64,000 bases of DNA from Wenzhouxiangellaceae bacterium (GCA_040904965.1 JBBDSL010000004.1:101-64100); one strand, 5' to 3'. Positions 46,601 to 57,700 are shown, counted from the stretch's first letter. Notes: a model not told the origin generated them from the letters alone. Made by a program: numbers and translations.

Positions 46601-46967
46601 GATCGTGATGCGAGCCGCGACGCCGGAGCTCGCGCAGGCGCAGGCCGAAAGGATTCGCAAATCCGTGCAGGCCCAGCCGATCAGGCTGGATGACGACAAG
46701 CGGGTCTCGCTGACCTGTTCGATCGGCTTTGCCTGCTATCCGTTCAGCATCGATCACCCCGAAGTCGGGGACTGGGAAGACATCGTCGGACTTGCCGATG
46801 CCGCAATGTATGCAGCCAAGAACGCCGGCAAGAACACCTGGACGGGCATTGGTTGTCCCCGCGGGTTGCCGGCTGACGAGGTCGAAGCCCTGATCCGCGA
46901 TCCCGAGGTGCGACGGTGCGAAGGGACCCGGGCCGTGTTCTGGAGCCCCGGCGATGATGTTTACTAA
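43611..46967 (+). CDS. sensor diguanylate cyclase (Reg_prop beta-propeller repeats, Y_Y_Y, TM, GGDEF)
   Basis: 1118 aa. Repeated ..D..G.LW.GT..GL.R.D motifs, a TM segment YTGYAAALLILMLLVV, and a C-terminal DPLTGLGNRR ... RWGGEEF. Confidence 0.85.
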   Translation: MLIQALKFPFAGRLLLLGSLLLYAGTVTVAGTDTVLAPVWKTAFERIGLEQGLSQSVVTSIHRDELGFLWFGTQEGLNRYDGHGFKVFRHDPTDPDSLSSSSIEAITGDRRGRLWLGTDDGGVNILDPRTGEIVVLRGDSPEPGDDASDADDSVEQRSLSHDRVLDIAMAPDGAMWLGTERGLDRVDPDTFAVQRQAAPVTGTGLAGTAVTRVLVDDDGRIWAGTREEGLYLIDDGRVESYGTDAPNTRRLAGDRITDLAVGANGGVWVATRDGGLDRIDRQGVSLSSRGAMAEASIAERDRLPSSGLTALHADDDRSLLVGSAAGVLYRIDRDMRILSRHRHMAGDPDSIAPGEILVIHVDPQGVIWTSSYAGGVSKTKSLSGKLAHDVVGFPAEFSRVVRAFWIDEDLREVWIGTSDGLAQLRPDPEGPRIFRHAGDRQGSLSDDVVYAVRRLHNGQLWVGTRTGLNRLHPETGDFERYLKGDGRGLPDNRVRDLAEDARGRLWIATQGGLARYDDETDRFTVFRSRPGSSNDDSNSLSSNELTALHVDEEGFIWIGTNVAGLNRLDPETGDFTWFEAGPDGLSHRSVWDAVRIGDTVWAATFSGGLNRIDLSSGSVTHFLERDGLANNVVYRIVPDDRGRLWLSTNASISVFDTEAGRFLNYNPRDGLQNYEYNSNAAFRDAAGRIWFGGVDGIDIINASVVETDASDASAVLTDFRLFNRPVVPEDDDRVELDARIEYANRLALGHQARVFSIGLSALHFANPDTNRLRYRLDGLHDEWLESDAGAHEVTFNSLDPGDYRFRVQAAARGAQWGPERTLEIRIHPPPWQSPWAYTGYAAALLILMLLVVRNYRQRIARERRRVEQLNAMVIDRTAELQRVNKKLQESNRRLEDAVRQDPLTGLGNRRELLEFLPREQPLSLRAYSDWIRDGCTGPEPQHARMCLLAVDIDDFKLINDTWGHLGGDQVLGGFATQLHDHCRASDLVVRWGGEEFLIVMRAATPELAQAQAERIRKSVQAQPIRLDDDKRVSLTCSIGFACYPFSIDHPEVGDWEDIVGLADAAMYAAKNAGKNTWTGIGCPRGLPADEVEALIRDPEVRRCEGTRAVFWSPGDDVY

Positions 46968-47084
46968 TCACCCGATCGATCTGGCCCTGCTACCCTGATT
47001 GTTCACAGATGCGCTGCATACAGACAATTGCCGGATTACCCGATGCACCGCCGATCACTGTTTCAATCTGCCAGGGAGATCTTG

Positions 47085-48566
47085 ATGAATCCTGTTCGTA
47101 TCGCATGGGTGCTGATACTGACGATTGCTGTTTCCGCCTGCGGCGACAGGCCGGCTGAACCCGCGCCGGATCAAGCCGTGCGTGATGGATCGAGCGCGGC
47201 GCCAGAATCACGCATTGAAAGTTCCGTGGCCGTGACCAATCAAGCCGGGGGTGATCTGTCGGCCATGATCGAGCGGCGCACCATCCGGGCGCTTGTCCCC
47301 TACAGCCGAACGTTTTATTTCCTTGACCGCGAGGGTAATCAGCGGGGTTTGAGCCACGCCTTCATGCAGGCCTTTGAGGAACAGATCAATGACAAGCTCG
47401 ACAGCGGTCTGCTGAAGGTCTCGGTGGTGCTGGTTCCGGTTACCCGCGATCGCCTGATCCCTTGGCTGCTGGCCGGCCGCGGCGACCTGATCGCGGCGGA
47501 CCTGACGACGACGCCGGAACGCGCCGAATCGGTGCTGTTCACCGAGCCGCTGGCGCGCAACGTTCGCGAATTGCTGGTTTCCGGCCCCGGGGCCGCGCCG
47601 GTGGACTCGCTGGCTGACATGGCCGGCCGCGACGTGCTGGTGCGGCGCGGCTCCAGCTACTTCGACAGCCTGCAACAGGCCAACCGGAGGCTGGCCGACC
47701 AGGGTCTGGCCGCGATGCGGCTGGAAATTGCGCCGGGCCATTTCGAGGTCGGCGACGTGCTGGAAATGGTCAGTGCAGGGGTGGCCGATCACGCGGTTGC
47801 CGACGAATACCTGGCCGGCTTCTGGGCCCAGGTGCTGCCAAATTTGACCGTCCACGACGACATCGTGCTCAGGAGCGAAGCCGAAATCGCGTTCGCAGTT
47901 CGCCCGGAAAGCACGGCGCTGAAAGCCGAGCTGGATGAATTTCTCGAAACCCACCGGGCCGGAACGCTGTTCGGCAACATCCAGTTCCAGCGGTTTCTCG
48001 AGAACACGCGCTGGGTCAGCAACCCGGCAAGCGAACGCGAAATGGCGCGCTTCCGCCAGTTGGCCGACCTGTTTCGCAAGTATGCCGGCCGCTATGATCT
48101 GGACTGGCTGCTGATGACCGCCCAGGGCTACCAGGAATCCGGGCTCGATCACGCGGCGCGCTCGTCTGCCGGCGCCGTGGGTGTGATGCAACTGCTGCCG
48201 GCCACCGGGGCCGAAATGGAAGTCGGCGACGTCACCGAGCTGGAAAACAACATCCATGCCGCGGCCAAGTACGTGCGCTTCATGATTGATCGCTATTACG
48301 ACGACCCGGAGATCGCCGAGGAGGACCGCGTGCTGCTTGCGCTGGCCTCCTACAACGCCGGTCCGCGCCGGGTGCGCGAGCTTCGCGCCGAGGCCCGCAC
48401 CGAGGGGCTGGACCCGAATCGCTGGTTCGACCACGTCGAGGTCATCGCCGCGCGCCGCATCGGCCGCGAGACGGTCGACTACGTGCGCAATATCTACAAG
48501 TACTACGTCGCCTACAAGCTCATCCTGGCCCGCAACCGGCAGGTGGAGCAGCGCGACGGGCTTTGA
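47085..48566 (+). CDS. mltF: membrane-bound lytic murein transglycosylase F-like
   Basis: Start trimmed to MNPVRIAWVLILTIAVSAC (lipobox, AGGGAG RBS). An SBP_bac_3-like half is followed by the SLT motif GYQESGLD...GVMQL. Confidence 0.8.
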   Translation: MNPVRIAWVLILTIAVSACGDRPAEPAPDQAVRDGSSAAPESRIESSVAVTNQAGGDLSAMIERRTIRALVPYSRTFYFLDREGNQRGLSHAFMQAFEEQINDKLDSGLLKVSVVLVPVTRDRLIPWLLAGRGDLIAADLTTTPERAESVLFTEPLARNVRELLVSGPGAAPVDSLADMAGRDVLVRRGSSYFDSLQQANRRLADQGLAAMRLEIAPGHFEVGDVLEMVSAGVADHAVADEYLAGFWAQVLPNLTVHDDIVLRSEAEIAFAVRPESTALKAELDEFLETHRAGTLFGNIQFQRFLENTRWVSNPASEREMARFRQLADLFRKYAGRYDLDWLLMTAQGYQESGLDHAARSSAGAVGVMQLLPATGAEMEVGDVTELENNIHAAAKYVRFMIDRYYDDPEIAEEDRVLLALASYNAGPRRVRELRAEARTEGLDPNRWFDHVEVIAARRIGRETVDYVRNIYKYYVAYKLILARNRQVEQRDGL

Positions 48567-48581
48567 TTGCAGCTGCTTGCA

Positions 48582-50390
48582 CTAAAGGGCGAAGAACAGC
48601 GGCACGACGACTATCGTTGCGATAAGAATCAGTAGCTGAAGCGGAATGCCGACCCGGGCGAAGTCGGCGAACCGGTAATCGCCGGGGTTGTAGACCAGCG
48701 TGTTGACCGGCGAGGCCACCGGCGTGGCGAACGCGGTGGATGCCGCGATCGCGACCGTGATCAGCACGGCATCGGGGTTGATGCCCATTGCGGTAGCGGC
48801 ACTCAGCGCGATCGGCGCGGCCAGGACGGTGGTGGCGGTGTTGGACACCAATTGGCTCAGGCCGGAGGTGAGTACGAATACCGCGATCAGCAACGCGTGC
48901 GGTCCGTAGCCCTGCGCCAGCTCGAACAGCGCGTTGGCCGCCAGGGCCATGCCGCCGGTGCTTTCCAGCGCGGTGGCCATCGGCAGGATCGCGGCGATCA
49001 GGATGACGCTTTCCCAGTTGATGCCGCCGAAGGCTTCTTCCACGGTCAGGCAGCGGCTGAACAGCATGGCTACGGTTGCCGCCAGTACCGCGATCACGTT
49101 GGGCACCAGGTTGAGGGTCATGGCAACCAGCATCAACAGCATGATGGCGATCGCGATGGGCGCTTTGGCGGTGCGCCGGGTGCGCAGCGAGAGATCGCCG
49201 CCCAGCAGCACCAGGTCGCGCGCATTCTCGGCCACTCTTTGCAGCGCGGGCACGCGTCCGGTGATCAGCAGCGCATCGCCTGTTTCCAGCGGCCGGTCGA
49301 GGTCGGGCAGTGCGATCGGCTCGTGGCGTATTGGTCGGTGCGACAGCACGGTGACGCCGGCGCCGGAGTGCAGCCGCAATTCACGCAGGGTCTTGCCCGA
49401 GAAACGCGAGCGCGGTGGAATGACCGCTTCGAGCAGATGTACCGACGTCGGCAGTTCGGGCTGTTCGTCGACACGCTGGAGGCCAAATGCTGTGCACAAC
49501 CCGTCGATCGCCTCGCCTTCGCCGGCCACCACGAGCTGGTCGCCGGACCGGACGATGCTGCCGGATTCGGCCCGCCGCGTCTGGCGGCCGCGCGCGGTCT
49601 GGCTGCTGATGGCCAGCGCAGTCACCCCGTACCGGGTGCGCATGGCCGAGTCGATCAAGCTGAGCCCGCGCAACGGCGAGTCGTCGGGGACCGATACGCG
49701 CACCAGGTGGCCGGCCAGCCGGTATTCATCGGCAAGTTCGCGTTCGTCCATGCCCCCGGCCGGGCGATTGCGCTCGCCGCGATCAGGGACAAGGCGATGG
49801 CCGACCAGGCTGAAGAACGCGATGCCGATGGCCAGCATGAAAAGCCCCGGCAGGGTGAAGTCGAAGAAGCCGAACGGTCCGGCGCCGGTCTCGGCCCGGG
49901 CGGCGCTGACGATCAGGTTCGGTGGGGTGCCGATCAGCGTCAGCATGCCGCCGAACAGGCTTCCGAAGGCCAGCGGAATCATCAGTTTCGACGGGTTGAC
50001 CTTGCGCGCATGGGCCAGCGCGATGACTACCGGGATCAGTACGGCAACCGTGCCGGTGGAACTGATGAACGCCGACAGGGTTGCCGCGACCAGCATCACC
50101 GAGATCATCATCGAGCGGATGCCGCTGCCGGCGGTACGCTCCAGCCAGCGGCCCATGGCGTCGGCCACGCCGGTGCGAAAAAGCCCGCCGCCGACGACGA
50201 ACAGACCGGCAATCATGATGACCAGCGGGTGCGAGAACCCGACCAGCGCCTCGTCGGTGTCCACCAGGCCTGCCGCGAACAACGCCAGCAGCGCGGCCAC
50301 GGCCACCAGGTCCAGCCGGAAGCGGCCGCTGACGAACAGCGCGAAGGTTGCGCCCAGGATGACGAGCAGTACGAGCAGGTCGGTGGTCAT
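48582..50390 (-). CDS. SLC13/DASS-type anion permease with central TrkA-C domains
   Basis: 602-aa polytopic protein with a soluble central insert. Confidence 0.7.
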   Translation of the reverse strand: MTTDLLVLLVILGATFALFVSGRFRLDLVAVAALLALFAAGLVDTDEALVGFSHPLVIMIAGLFVVGGGLFRTGVADAMGRWLERTAGSGIRSMMISVMLVAATLSAFISSTGTVAVLIPVVIALAHARKVNPSKLMIPLAFGSLFGGMLTLIGTPPNLIVSAARAETGAGPFGFFDFTLPGLFMLAIGIAFFSLVGHRLVPDRGERNRPAGGMDERELADEYRLAGHLVRVSVPDDSPLRGLSLIDSAMRTRYGVTALAISSQTARGRQTRRAESGSIVRSGDQLVVAGEGEAIDGLCTAFGLQRVDEQPELPTSVHLLEAVIPPRSRFSGKTLRELRLHSGAGVTVLSHRPIRHEPIALPDLDRPLETGDALLITGRVPALQRVAENARDLVLLGGDLSLRTRRTAKAPIAIAIMLLMLVAMTLNLVPNVIAVLAATVAMLFSRCLTVEEAFGGINWESVILIAAILPMATALESTGGMALAANALFELAQGYGPHALLIAVFVLTSGLSQLVSNTATTVLAAPIALSAATAMGINPDAVLITVAIAASTAFATPVASPVNTLVYNPGDYRFADFARVGIPLQLLILIATIVVVPLFFAL

Positions 50391-50529
50391 TCGCGCAATC
50401 CGGGTCAGGTTCCAGGGCGGATGGGGTCGATAATACGCAAATCCGCAAATCGGACAGGCATGACGCCAGCGGCGACAAAATGTTACTAGTTTCAGCGGCG
50501 TGTTGCAGGGGCGGCACGATGGCTCGCCG

Positions 50530-51843
50530 TTATAGCCCGATCGCGAACAACCCCAGGCACAGCAGCAGCCCGGCCACCGGCACCAGCACGGTCAACGCGC
50601 CCATGGCCGGGTAGGCCGCGGCGTGCGATTCGCCGCAAATGGCACGAATGGTGGTCACTACGTATCCATTGTGAGGCAGCGAGTCCAGCGCGCCGGAGGA
50701 AATGGCGACCACGCGGTGCAACTGGTCCGGGTCCACGCCCTGGTCGATATAGTGCGGCCCGAGAATGGGCAGCGCGATCGCCTGGCCGCCGGAGGCCGAA
50801 CCGGTCATCGCGGCAATCGCCGAGACCGCGATCGCGGCGGATACAAGTCCGTTGCCCGGCAGGCCGGTGACCCATACGACGGCCGCGTCGAACGCCGGTG
50901 CGGCCTTGGCCACGGTGCCGAAGCCGACCACAGCGGCGGTGTTGCCGATCGCGATCAGTGCACCGGTGCCGCCTTCGGTCAGCGCCTGTCCGGGTGAATG
51001 CAGGTGGTTGATGTTGATGGCCGCCGCGGCGATGCAGCCGGCCAGCAGCGCGATGATCAGTGCCGATGTGCCCAGCATGTCGTGGGTGGTGAACGAGACC
51101 GCGAGTACCACCAGCAACGGCAGTGCCGACAGCGCCGGATGCGGCAGGTCGCCGCGCCCGCTCGTGGGGTCGAAGTCACGTTCGTCGAAGGATTCCCCGC
51201 GCGCCACGGCCCGGTCCAGCATCCATTTGAGCCAGATATAGCCGGTGATGGCCATGAAGATCGCCACGATCAGGCTGGCCTGCCACGCGGCCAGCGGACT
51301 GGAGCCCAGGAATTCCACCGGAATCCAGTTCTGGATTTCCGGCGAGCCGGCCGAGGTCATCGTAAACGTAACCGAGCCGAACGCCATGGTCGCCGGAATG
51401 AAGCGGCGCGGCAGATCGGCGTCGCGAAACAGCGCCAGCGCCATCGGGTAGACCGAAAACGCAACCACGAACAGGCTGACCCCGCCGTAGGTGAGCACCG
51501 CGCAGGCGATGACCACGGCAAGCGCGGCCTTTGCGTTGCCCAGGCGATTGATGATCCAGTGCGCCACGCTTTCGGCGCCGCCGGAAGACTCCATCATCTT
51601 GCCGAACAGCGAGCCGAGCAGGAAGATGAAAAACCACGACGCGATGAAGCCGGTGAAGCCGTTCATGTACTGGGTGATCAGGTTGACCTGTTCGCCCTGG
51701 GCCAGCGGTGGCAGCAGCGCGATGTCGCTGGTCAGGGCCACCAGCAGGGCGCACAACGGGGTCGCCACGAACAGGCTCATGCCGCGCATGGTCAGGACGA
51801 TCAACAGTGCAAGGCCGCCCAGCAGCCCGATCAGGCTCAACAT
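50530..51843 (-). CDS. GntP-family permease
   Basis: 437 aa. MLSLIGLLGGLALLIVLTMRG... has the typical GntP layout. Confidence 0.7.
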   Translation of the reverse strand: MLSLIGLLGGLALLIVLTMRGMSLFVATPLCALLVALTSDIALLPPLAQGEQVNLITQYMNGFTGFIASWFFIFLLGSLFGKMMESSGGAESVAHWIINRLGNAKAALAVVIACAVLTYGGVSLFVVAFSVYPMALALFRDADLPRRFIPATMAFGSVTFTMTSAGSPEIQNWIPVEFLGSSPLAAWQASLIVAIFMAITGYIWLKWMLDRAVARGESFDERDFDPTSGRGDLPHPALSALPLLVVLAVSFTTHDMLGTSALIIALLAGCIAAAAININHLHSPGQALTEGGTGALIAIGNTAAVVGFGTVAKAAPAFDAAVVWVTGLPGNGLVSAAIAVSAIAAMTGSASGGQAIALPILGPHYIDQGVDPDQLHRVVAISSGALDSLPHNGYVVTTIRAICGESHAAAYPAMGALTVLVPVAGLLLCLGLFAIGL

Positions 51844-51927
51844 TCTTCAACCACCCATGATTTGAATTGCATCGCCGGTACGCAACCCCGGCCGATGCCA
51901 TGGTGCGTTGGCTGACGGCGGCATGGA

Positions 51928-52010
51928 ACTGTACCAAGGTACAAGCGCGGGGCCGAGCAGGGGGGTCCACGGTTTTCCCAGCGTGCCGGCGGCTTGTACC
52001 TTGGTACAGT
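51928..52010. promoter_or_regulatory. two copies of the palindrome TGTACC-WW-GGTACA (candidate operators)
   Basis: actgtaccaaggtacaagc (51928-51946) and its exact reverse complement gcttgtaccttggtacagt (51992-52010), in the divergent gntP-like / TonB-receptor intergenic region. Confidence 0.5.
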
Positions 52011-52142
52011 ATTTCTGCCGCCGCATTCGCCTATAGACTTGCCCTTGACTGCCCGGGGCCCGCCGGGAGCGACGTATGCAAATCAAGATGTATTTACATC
52101 AAGCAGGACTCATTCAATTCAAGCAGCAGGCGAGGTTGCAGC

Positions 52143-54554
52143 ATGATCGATTCGACAAAAAAAATTCACAAGCGTACGCGGCTGGGACGCGCGATTCGAA
52201 TGGCGCTGATCTCCGGCCTGTGCATCGGATTCGGAGCCGTGCAGGCGCAGGATGCCGACCAGGACGAGGATACACAAAGCGAGGAAGCCGCCGATCTGGG
52301 CGCGGTCCAGGTCACGGCGCGCCGGCGCGAGGAAAGCCTGCGCGACGTTCCGATATCGGTGACCGCGCTTTCGGGCGAGCAGTTGCAGGACCGCGGCGCC
52401 GTGGACATCACTTACCTGAATCAGGTCGTGCCCAATACCACCATTGAAGTCTCGCGCGGCACCAATTCGACCCTGACCGCTTTTATTCGCGGGGTCGGCC
52501 AGCAGGATCCGGTGGCGGGCTTCGAGCAGGGCGTGGGCATATATCTTGACGACGTCTACCTCAACCGCCCCCAGGCCGCGGTGCTCGAAATTTACGATAT
52601 CGAGCGTGTCGAAGTGCTGCGCGGTCCGCAGGGAACACTGTACGGACGCAATACCATCGGCGGTGCGGTCAAGTACGTGACCAAGCGTCTCGGACGCGAA
52701 GCAACGGCGAGTATCGAGGGTTCGATCGGCAACTTCTCGCAGCGCGACCTGATTGTCAAGGGCGAGATGCCGATCGGCGATACCTTCGCCGTGGGTGCGG
52801 CATTTGCAACATTCAACCGCGACGGCTTCGGCCGCAATCTGTTCCTGGACGAGGAAAACTACAACAAGGATATCCAGGCCTTTCGCGCCAGCGCCGAGTG
52901 GACGCCGACCTACAACCTGTTTGCGCGGCTTTCCGGCGACTATCTCAACGATACTTCCAATCCCAGGGGCGGTCACCGCCTGATTCCGGGGCTGTTCGGC
53001 GGCGCGCCCGTGCTGGACGATGTTTTCGACAGCCGCAGCGGTATCCAGGGCTCGAATAACGAGCAGGACTATGGACTGCAGCTACTGATCGAGTACGACA
53101 TCTCGCCCGAGTGGCAATTCAAGAACATCACCGCCTACCGTGAAACCAATTCGACCCAGCGAATCGACTTCGAGGCCTTGCCGGTCGAGGATGTCGATGT
53201 GCCTGTGCGTTACGAGAACGAGCAGTTCACGCAGGAATTCCAGTTGTCCTATACCAACCCGGTGGTGGCCGGTGTGGCCGGTTTCTACTACATTGATGCC
53301 ACCGCGTTCAACGTGTTCGATGTGCTGCTGGCACAAACCGGAGACCTGATCGGACTGCCGGGACTGAATGCGCTGACCCTGGGTGATGTGGAAACCGAAT
53401 CGTGGTCGGTGTTTGCCGATGTCAGCTTCGACCTGGCCGAGATGTTCGGCCTGAGTACCGGGTTGGAGCTCTCGCTCGGCGGCCGCTATACTGACGACGA
53501 GCGCAGCTCGCGCGTGCTGCGCCAGACGCTCATTGGCGGCAACTCCGAATTCTTCGGCGGTCCCGGGATACCGATCCAGACCACCTCGGATTTCCGTGGT
53601 TCGGAGGCGTTCACCGACTTCTCTCCCAAGATCAGCCTGGCCTGGCAGCCGAGCGAAAACCACAACCTTTACGGTTCGTTCAGTCAGGGCTTCAAGGGCG
53701 GCAGTTTCGACCCGCGCGGCCTGACCACGGCGGCACCGGACTTCAACGGCGACGGCACCGTGAGCGAAGACGAGGTGTTCGAGTTCATGAAGTTCGAGCC
53801 CGAAGAAGTCGATACTTGGGAGGTGGGTTTGAAATCAAGCCTGTTCGAGCGTCGTGTAAGCACCTCGGTGGCGTTGTTCTACAGCGACTACACCGATATC
53901 CAGGTACCGGGTTCGATCGGTGTGGATACCGACGGCGACGGAATCTCCGATACCTTCGCCGGGGTGACCACCAACGCAGGCGAAGCAACGGTGAAAGGTG
54001 TTGAATTCGAAGGTACGGCGCTGTTGGGGCGCAACCTGTTGAACGAAGGCGACACGCTTAATGCGCTGGCCACCGTCGGCTACATCGACGCCGAGTACGA
54101 CGAGTTCATCGCGCTGGTGGCGGACCCGGCGACCGGCGCCAATGCGCTGGAAGACGTCTCCGACCAGCGGGTGTTCCAGAATACGCCGGAATGGACCGCG
54201 CACGTCGACCTGAGTTATGACTTCCCGGTGACGCTGTTCGACCAGCCCGGATCGATGACACTGATCGGCGGCTGGTCGTATCGCGGCGATACCAACCAGT
54301 TCGAGATTCCTTCCGAGTTCCTGGATCAGGACGCTTACTCGCTGTTCGATGCAAGCCTGGTGTGGAAGCCGCACAGCGGCAAGTACGAGATCGGCCTGTT
54401 CGCACGCAATCTGACCGACCAGCAGTACCAGACTTCCGGATACGTCTTCGCCACGCCGGACGGTTCCGCCCCGACGCTGGGGCTCGAAGGGGTAATGAAC
54501 GCGTTCTTCGGGCCGCCGCGCACCTACGAGCTGACCGCAAGAGTCAATTTCTAG
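52143..54554 (+). CDS. TonB-dependent receptor
   Basis: Start trimmed to MIDSTKKIHKRTRLGRAIRMALISGLCIGFGAVQAQ. Plug region VQVTARRREESLRDVPISVTAL. Terminal ...TARVNF. Confidence 0.85.
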   Translation: MIDSTKKIHKRTRLGRAIRMALISGLCIGFGAVQAQDADQDEDTQSEEAADLGAVQVTARRREESLRDVPISVTALSGEQLQDRGAVDITYLNQVVPNTTIEVSRGTNSTLTAFIRGVGQQDPVAGFEQGVGIYLDDVYLNRPQAAVLEIYDIERVEVLRGPQGTLYGRNTIGGAVKYVTKRLGREATASIEGSIGNFSQRDLIVKGEMPIGDTFAVGAAFATFNRDGFGRNLFLDEENYNKDIQAFRASAEWTPTYNLFARLSGDYLNDTSNPRGGHRLIPGLFGGAPVLDDVFDSRSGIQGSNNEQDYGLQLLIEYDISPEWQFKNITAYRETNSTQRIDFEALPVEDVDVPVRYENEQFTQEFQLSYTNPVVAGVAGFYYIDATAFNVFDVLLAQTGDLIGLPGLNALTLGDVETESWSVFADVSFDLAEMFGLSTGLELSLGGRYTDDERSSRVLRQTLIGGNSEFFGGPGIPIQTTSDFRGSEAFTDFSPKISLAWQPSENHNLYGSFSQGFKGGSFDPRGLTTAAPDFNGDGTVSEDEVFEFMKFEPEEVDTWEVGLKSSLFERRVSTSVALFYSDYTDIQVPGSIGVDTDGDGISDTFAGVTTNAGEATVKGVEFEGTALLGRNLLNEGDTLNALATVGYIDAEYDEFIALVADPATGANALEDVSDQRVFQNTPEWTAHVDLSYDFPVTLFDQPGSMTLIGGWSYRGDTNQFEIPSEFLDQDAYSLFDASLVWKPHSGKYEIGLFARNLTDQQYQTSGYVFATPDGSAPTLGLEGVMNAFFGPPRTYELTARVNF

Positions 54555-54725
54555 TGGATACATGAATCTCCTGTTGTTTTCGGGCCGGCGCCTTGCCGGC
54601 CCTTTTTCTTTCCTTCGGCTGCGATAAGCTCTGACGATGAGCAAGACCCATCGGGTAACCAACAGGCTTCTCAAGGATGCCCGCAATCGCGCTACGCGCA
54701 GGGTCATTCAGCGGTTTCTTGATCA

Positions 54726-57700
54726 ATGAGCCAGCTCCCGGGCAGTGTTCTGGCGTTCGCCGGCCTGATCTGGCTGGGCCTGTTGTTCGCCGCCGCGCTG
54801 GCCGGCGAACGCGCGCCGGAAAGATTCCGACGCTACTGGCCTGTGGTCTACTCGCTGTCGCTGGCGGTCTACTGCACCGCCTGGACGTTCTACGGCACCA
54901 CCACCCAGGCGGTGCGTTCGGGCTGGCCGGTGCCGCCGACCTTTGTCGGGACCATTCTGATTTTCGTGTTCGGCTGGCCATTCCTGATGCGTCTGGTGGC
55001 GTTGAGCAAGCAGCACAATTCCACCAGCATCGCCGATTTCATCGCCAGCCGGTTCGGCAAGTCGTCGATGCTGGCCGCGGTGGTCACGACGGTGGCGGTG
55101 CTGGGCGTCGTCCCGTACATCTCGCTGCAGCTCAAGGCCGTGGCCATGAGCTTCGGCGCCCTGGCCGGGGTTTCCAGCGAGAGCGCCGGGCTGGCCGCGT
55201 GGCAGGATCTGGCGTTCTTCATCGCGGTGTTCATGGCATTGTTCGCGGTGCTGTTCGGCACCCGGCGCGCGTCCGCGGTCGAGCACAACCGCGGCCTGGT
55301 GCTGGCGATGGGTTTCGAATCGCTGTTCAAGCTTGCCGCCATGCTGGCGCTGGGGTTTTTCGTGTTGTTCGTGCTCTACGACGGGCCGGGCGACTGGGCC
55401 GCCTCCACGCCCAGCCAGCCGTTCAGCTCGGTGGGCACATTCATCACGTTGATGCTGCTGGGTGCGCTGGCGATGTTCACGCTGCCGCACCAGTTCCATA
55501 TCGGCGTGGTCGAGTGTCGCGACGGCGACCACATCAAGACCGCGCGCTGGCTGTTTCCGCTGTTTCTGCTGCTGATCGGGTTGCCGGCGCTGCCGCTGGC
55601 GCGCGCCGGTGAGGCATTGCTGGGCGGGCAGGCGGTGCCGCCGGACCTGTATGTATTGATGCTGCCGTTGTCAGACGGGAATTCGGCCCTGGCGCTGTTC
55701 GCGTTCCTGGGCGGCCTGAGCGCGGCCACCGGCATGGTGATCCTGGCCAGCCTGACGTTGTCGATCATGATCGGCAATCACTGGCTGACACCGATTCTGC
55801 TCAATCGCCGTGAATTCGCGGCCGGCGAACTGGGCATCCCGGTGCGCATACAGCGGCGTCTCGGCATCGTACTGGTGGTGCTGCTGGCCTATGCCTACAG
55901 CCGGCTTGCCGGCACCGCCGAGGCGTTGGCCGATATCGGTGTGGTTTCGTTTTCCGGTCTGGCGCAACTGGCGCCGGCGGTCATTCTGGCGGTTTATCGT
56001 CCGGGCCTGCGACCGCGCGCGTTGCTGGCAGGCCTGCTCGGCGGCGTGGTGGTCTGGGCCTACGTGCTGCTGCTGCCGCTGCTGATTGCGCACGACCCAC
56101 AAACCCATTGGATCGGACAGGGGCCGTTCGACGTCGAATGGCTGGCCCCGACCGACTTGCTCGGTCTGGGGGCGCTGGAAAGCCTGCCCAGGGCCGTGCT
56201 TGTCAGCCTGCTGGTCAACCTGGTGTTGATCGGACTGGGGCAGCGAACCGGTCTCAGGCCGGGCGCCAGGGCGACCGAAACGCAGCGCCTGGAGCCGGAA
56301 GTCCTGCGCGGGCTGGCAACCCGATTTCTGCCGGACGACCGCAGCGCGCTGTTGTTCGATTCAGGGCTGGACGAACATGAGCTTGAGGCCGGCGTCGAAC
56401 ACGAGCTGGCCGCGGTGGTCGGTGCGGCCTCGGCGCGTCTGCTGCTCGACGCAGCACGGCGTCGCGCCCCGGCGCCGCTGGAGACCGTGGCCGACCTGGT
56501 CGGTCAGGCATCCGAACAGGCCCGCTTCAGTCGTGAAGTCCTGTCCGGCGCGTTGGAAAACATGAGCCAGGGCATCTGCGTGGTCGACGCCGAGATGCGC
56601 CTGGTCGCCTGGAACCAGACCTACCTGGACCTGTTCGACTACCCCGGCGAGCTGATCCGGGTCGGCCGGCCGGTCGCCGATCTGCTGCGCCACAACGCCG
56701 ACAAGGGCCTGATGGCTGCCGGCGACACCGAGACCAAGATCCAGCGGCGCCTGGCGCACAAACGCGCCGGCACCCGCCATCGGGTTGAGCGACCGTGGCC
56801 CGACGGACGGATTATCGAAATTCGCGGCAATCCCATGCCCGGCGGGGGGTTTGTTGCCACCTTTACCGACGTCACCGCATTCCGCAAAACCGAGGCCGAA
56901 CTCAAGCAGATCAACGAAACGCTGGAGCAGCGTGTTACCGACCGCACTGCCGAACTGCAACAGGCCAAGGTGCAGGCCGAGCGGGCCAACAACGCCAAGA
57001 GCCGCTTCCTGGCCGCGGTCAGCCACGACCTGGTCCAGCCGCTGAATGCCGCGCAACTGATGACCCATTCGCTGGCCCGGCGCGTCGACGATGACGAGCA
57101 GCGCCGTGCCGTGGCCCGCATCTCCGGCGCGCTTGGTGCGACCGAGGATCTGCTCGAAGGCCTGCTGGATATCTCGCGCCTGGATGCCGGCGGCCTGGAG
57201 CCGCGCGTCATCGAGTTTCCGCTGGGCGAGTTGTTCGAGCAACTCTCCGGCGAGTTCAGCGTACTGGCGCGCGAGCGGGGCCTCGCGCTGCACTGCATGC
57301 CGACTGCGGTCAGCGTTCGCAGCGATCCGCAACTGCTGCGCCGCATCCTGCAGAATTTCCTCTCCAACGCCGTTCGCTATACCCGCAGCGGCAGGATTGT
57401 GCTCGGCCTGCGGCGGCGCGGCGATGCTGTGCTGGCCGGCGTATGGGATACCGGTCCCGGCATTCCGCAGGCCTCCAGGCGGCTGATCTTCGAGGAATTC
57501 CGGCGCCTCGATGCCGACGCCGCCTCGCCGGGTCTCGGGCTCGGCCTGGCGATCGCCGAGCGCATGGCGCGGCTGCTGGACCATGCGCTGGTACTCGAAA
57601 GCAGCGAGGGCCGCGGCACCCTTTTCGGCGTGCTCGTACCGCGCACCGAAGCCGTGCGTCATGCACCGAAAACATCCGCGACCGCCGAAGCACCCGGCGG

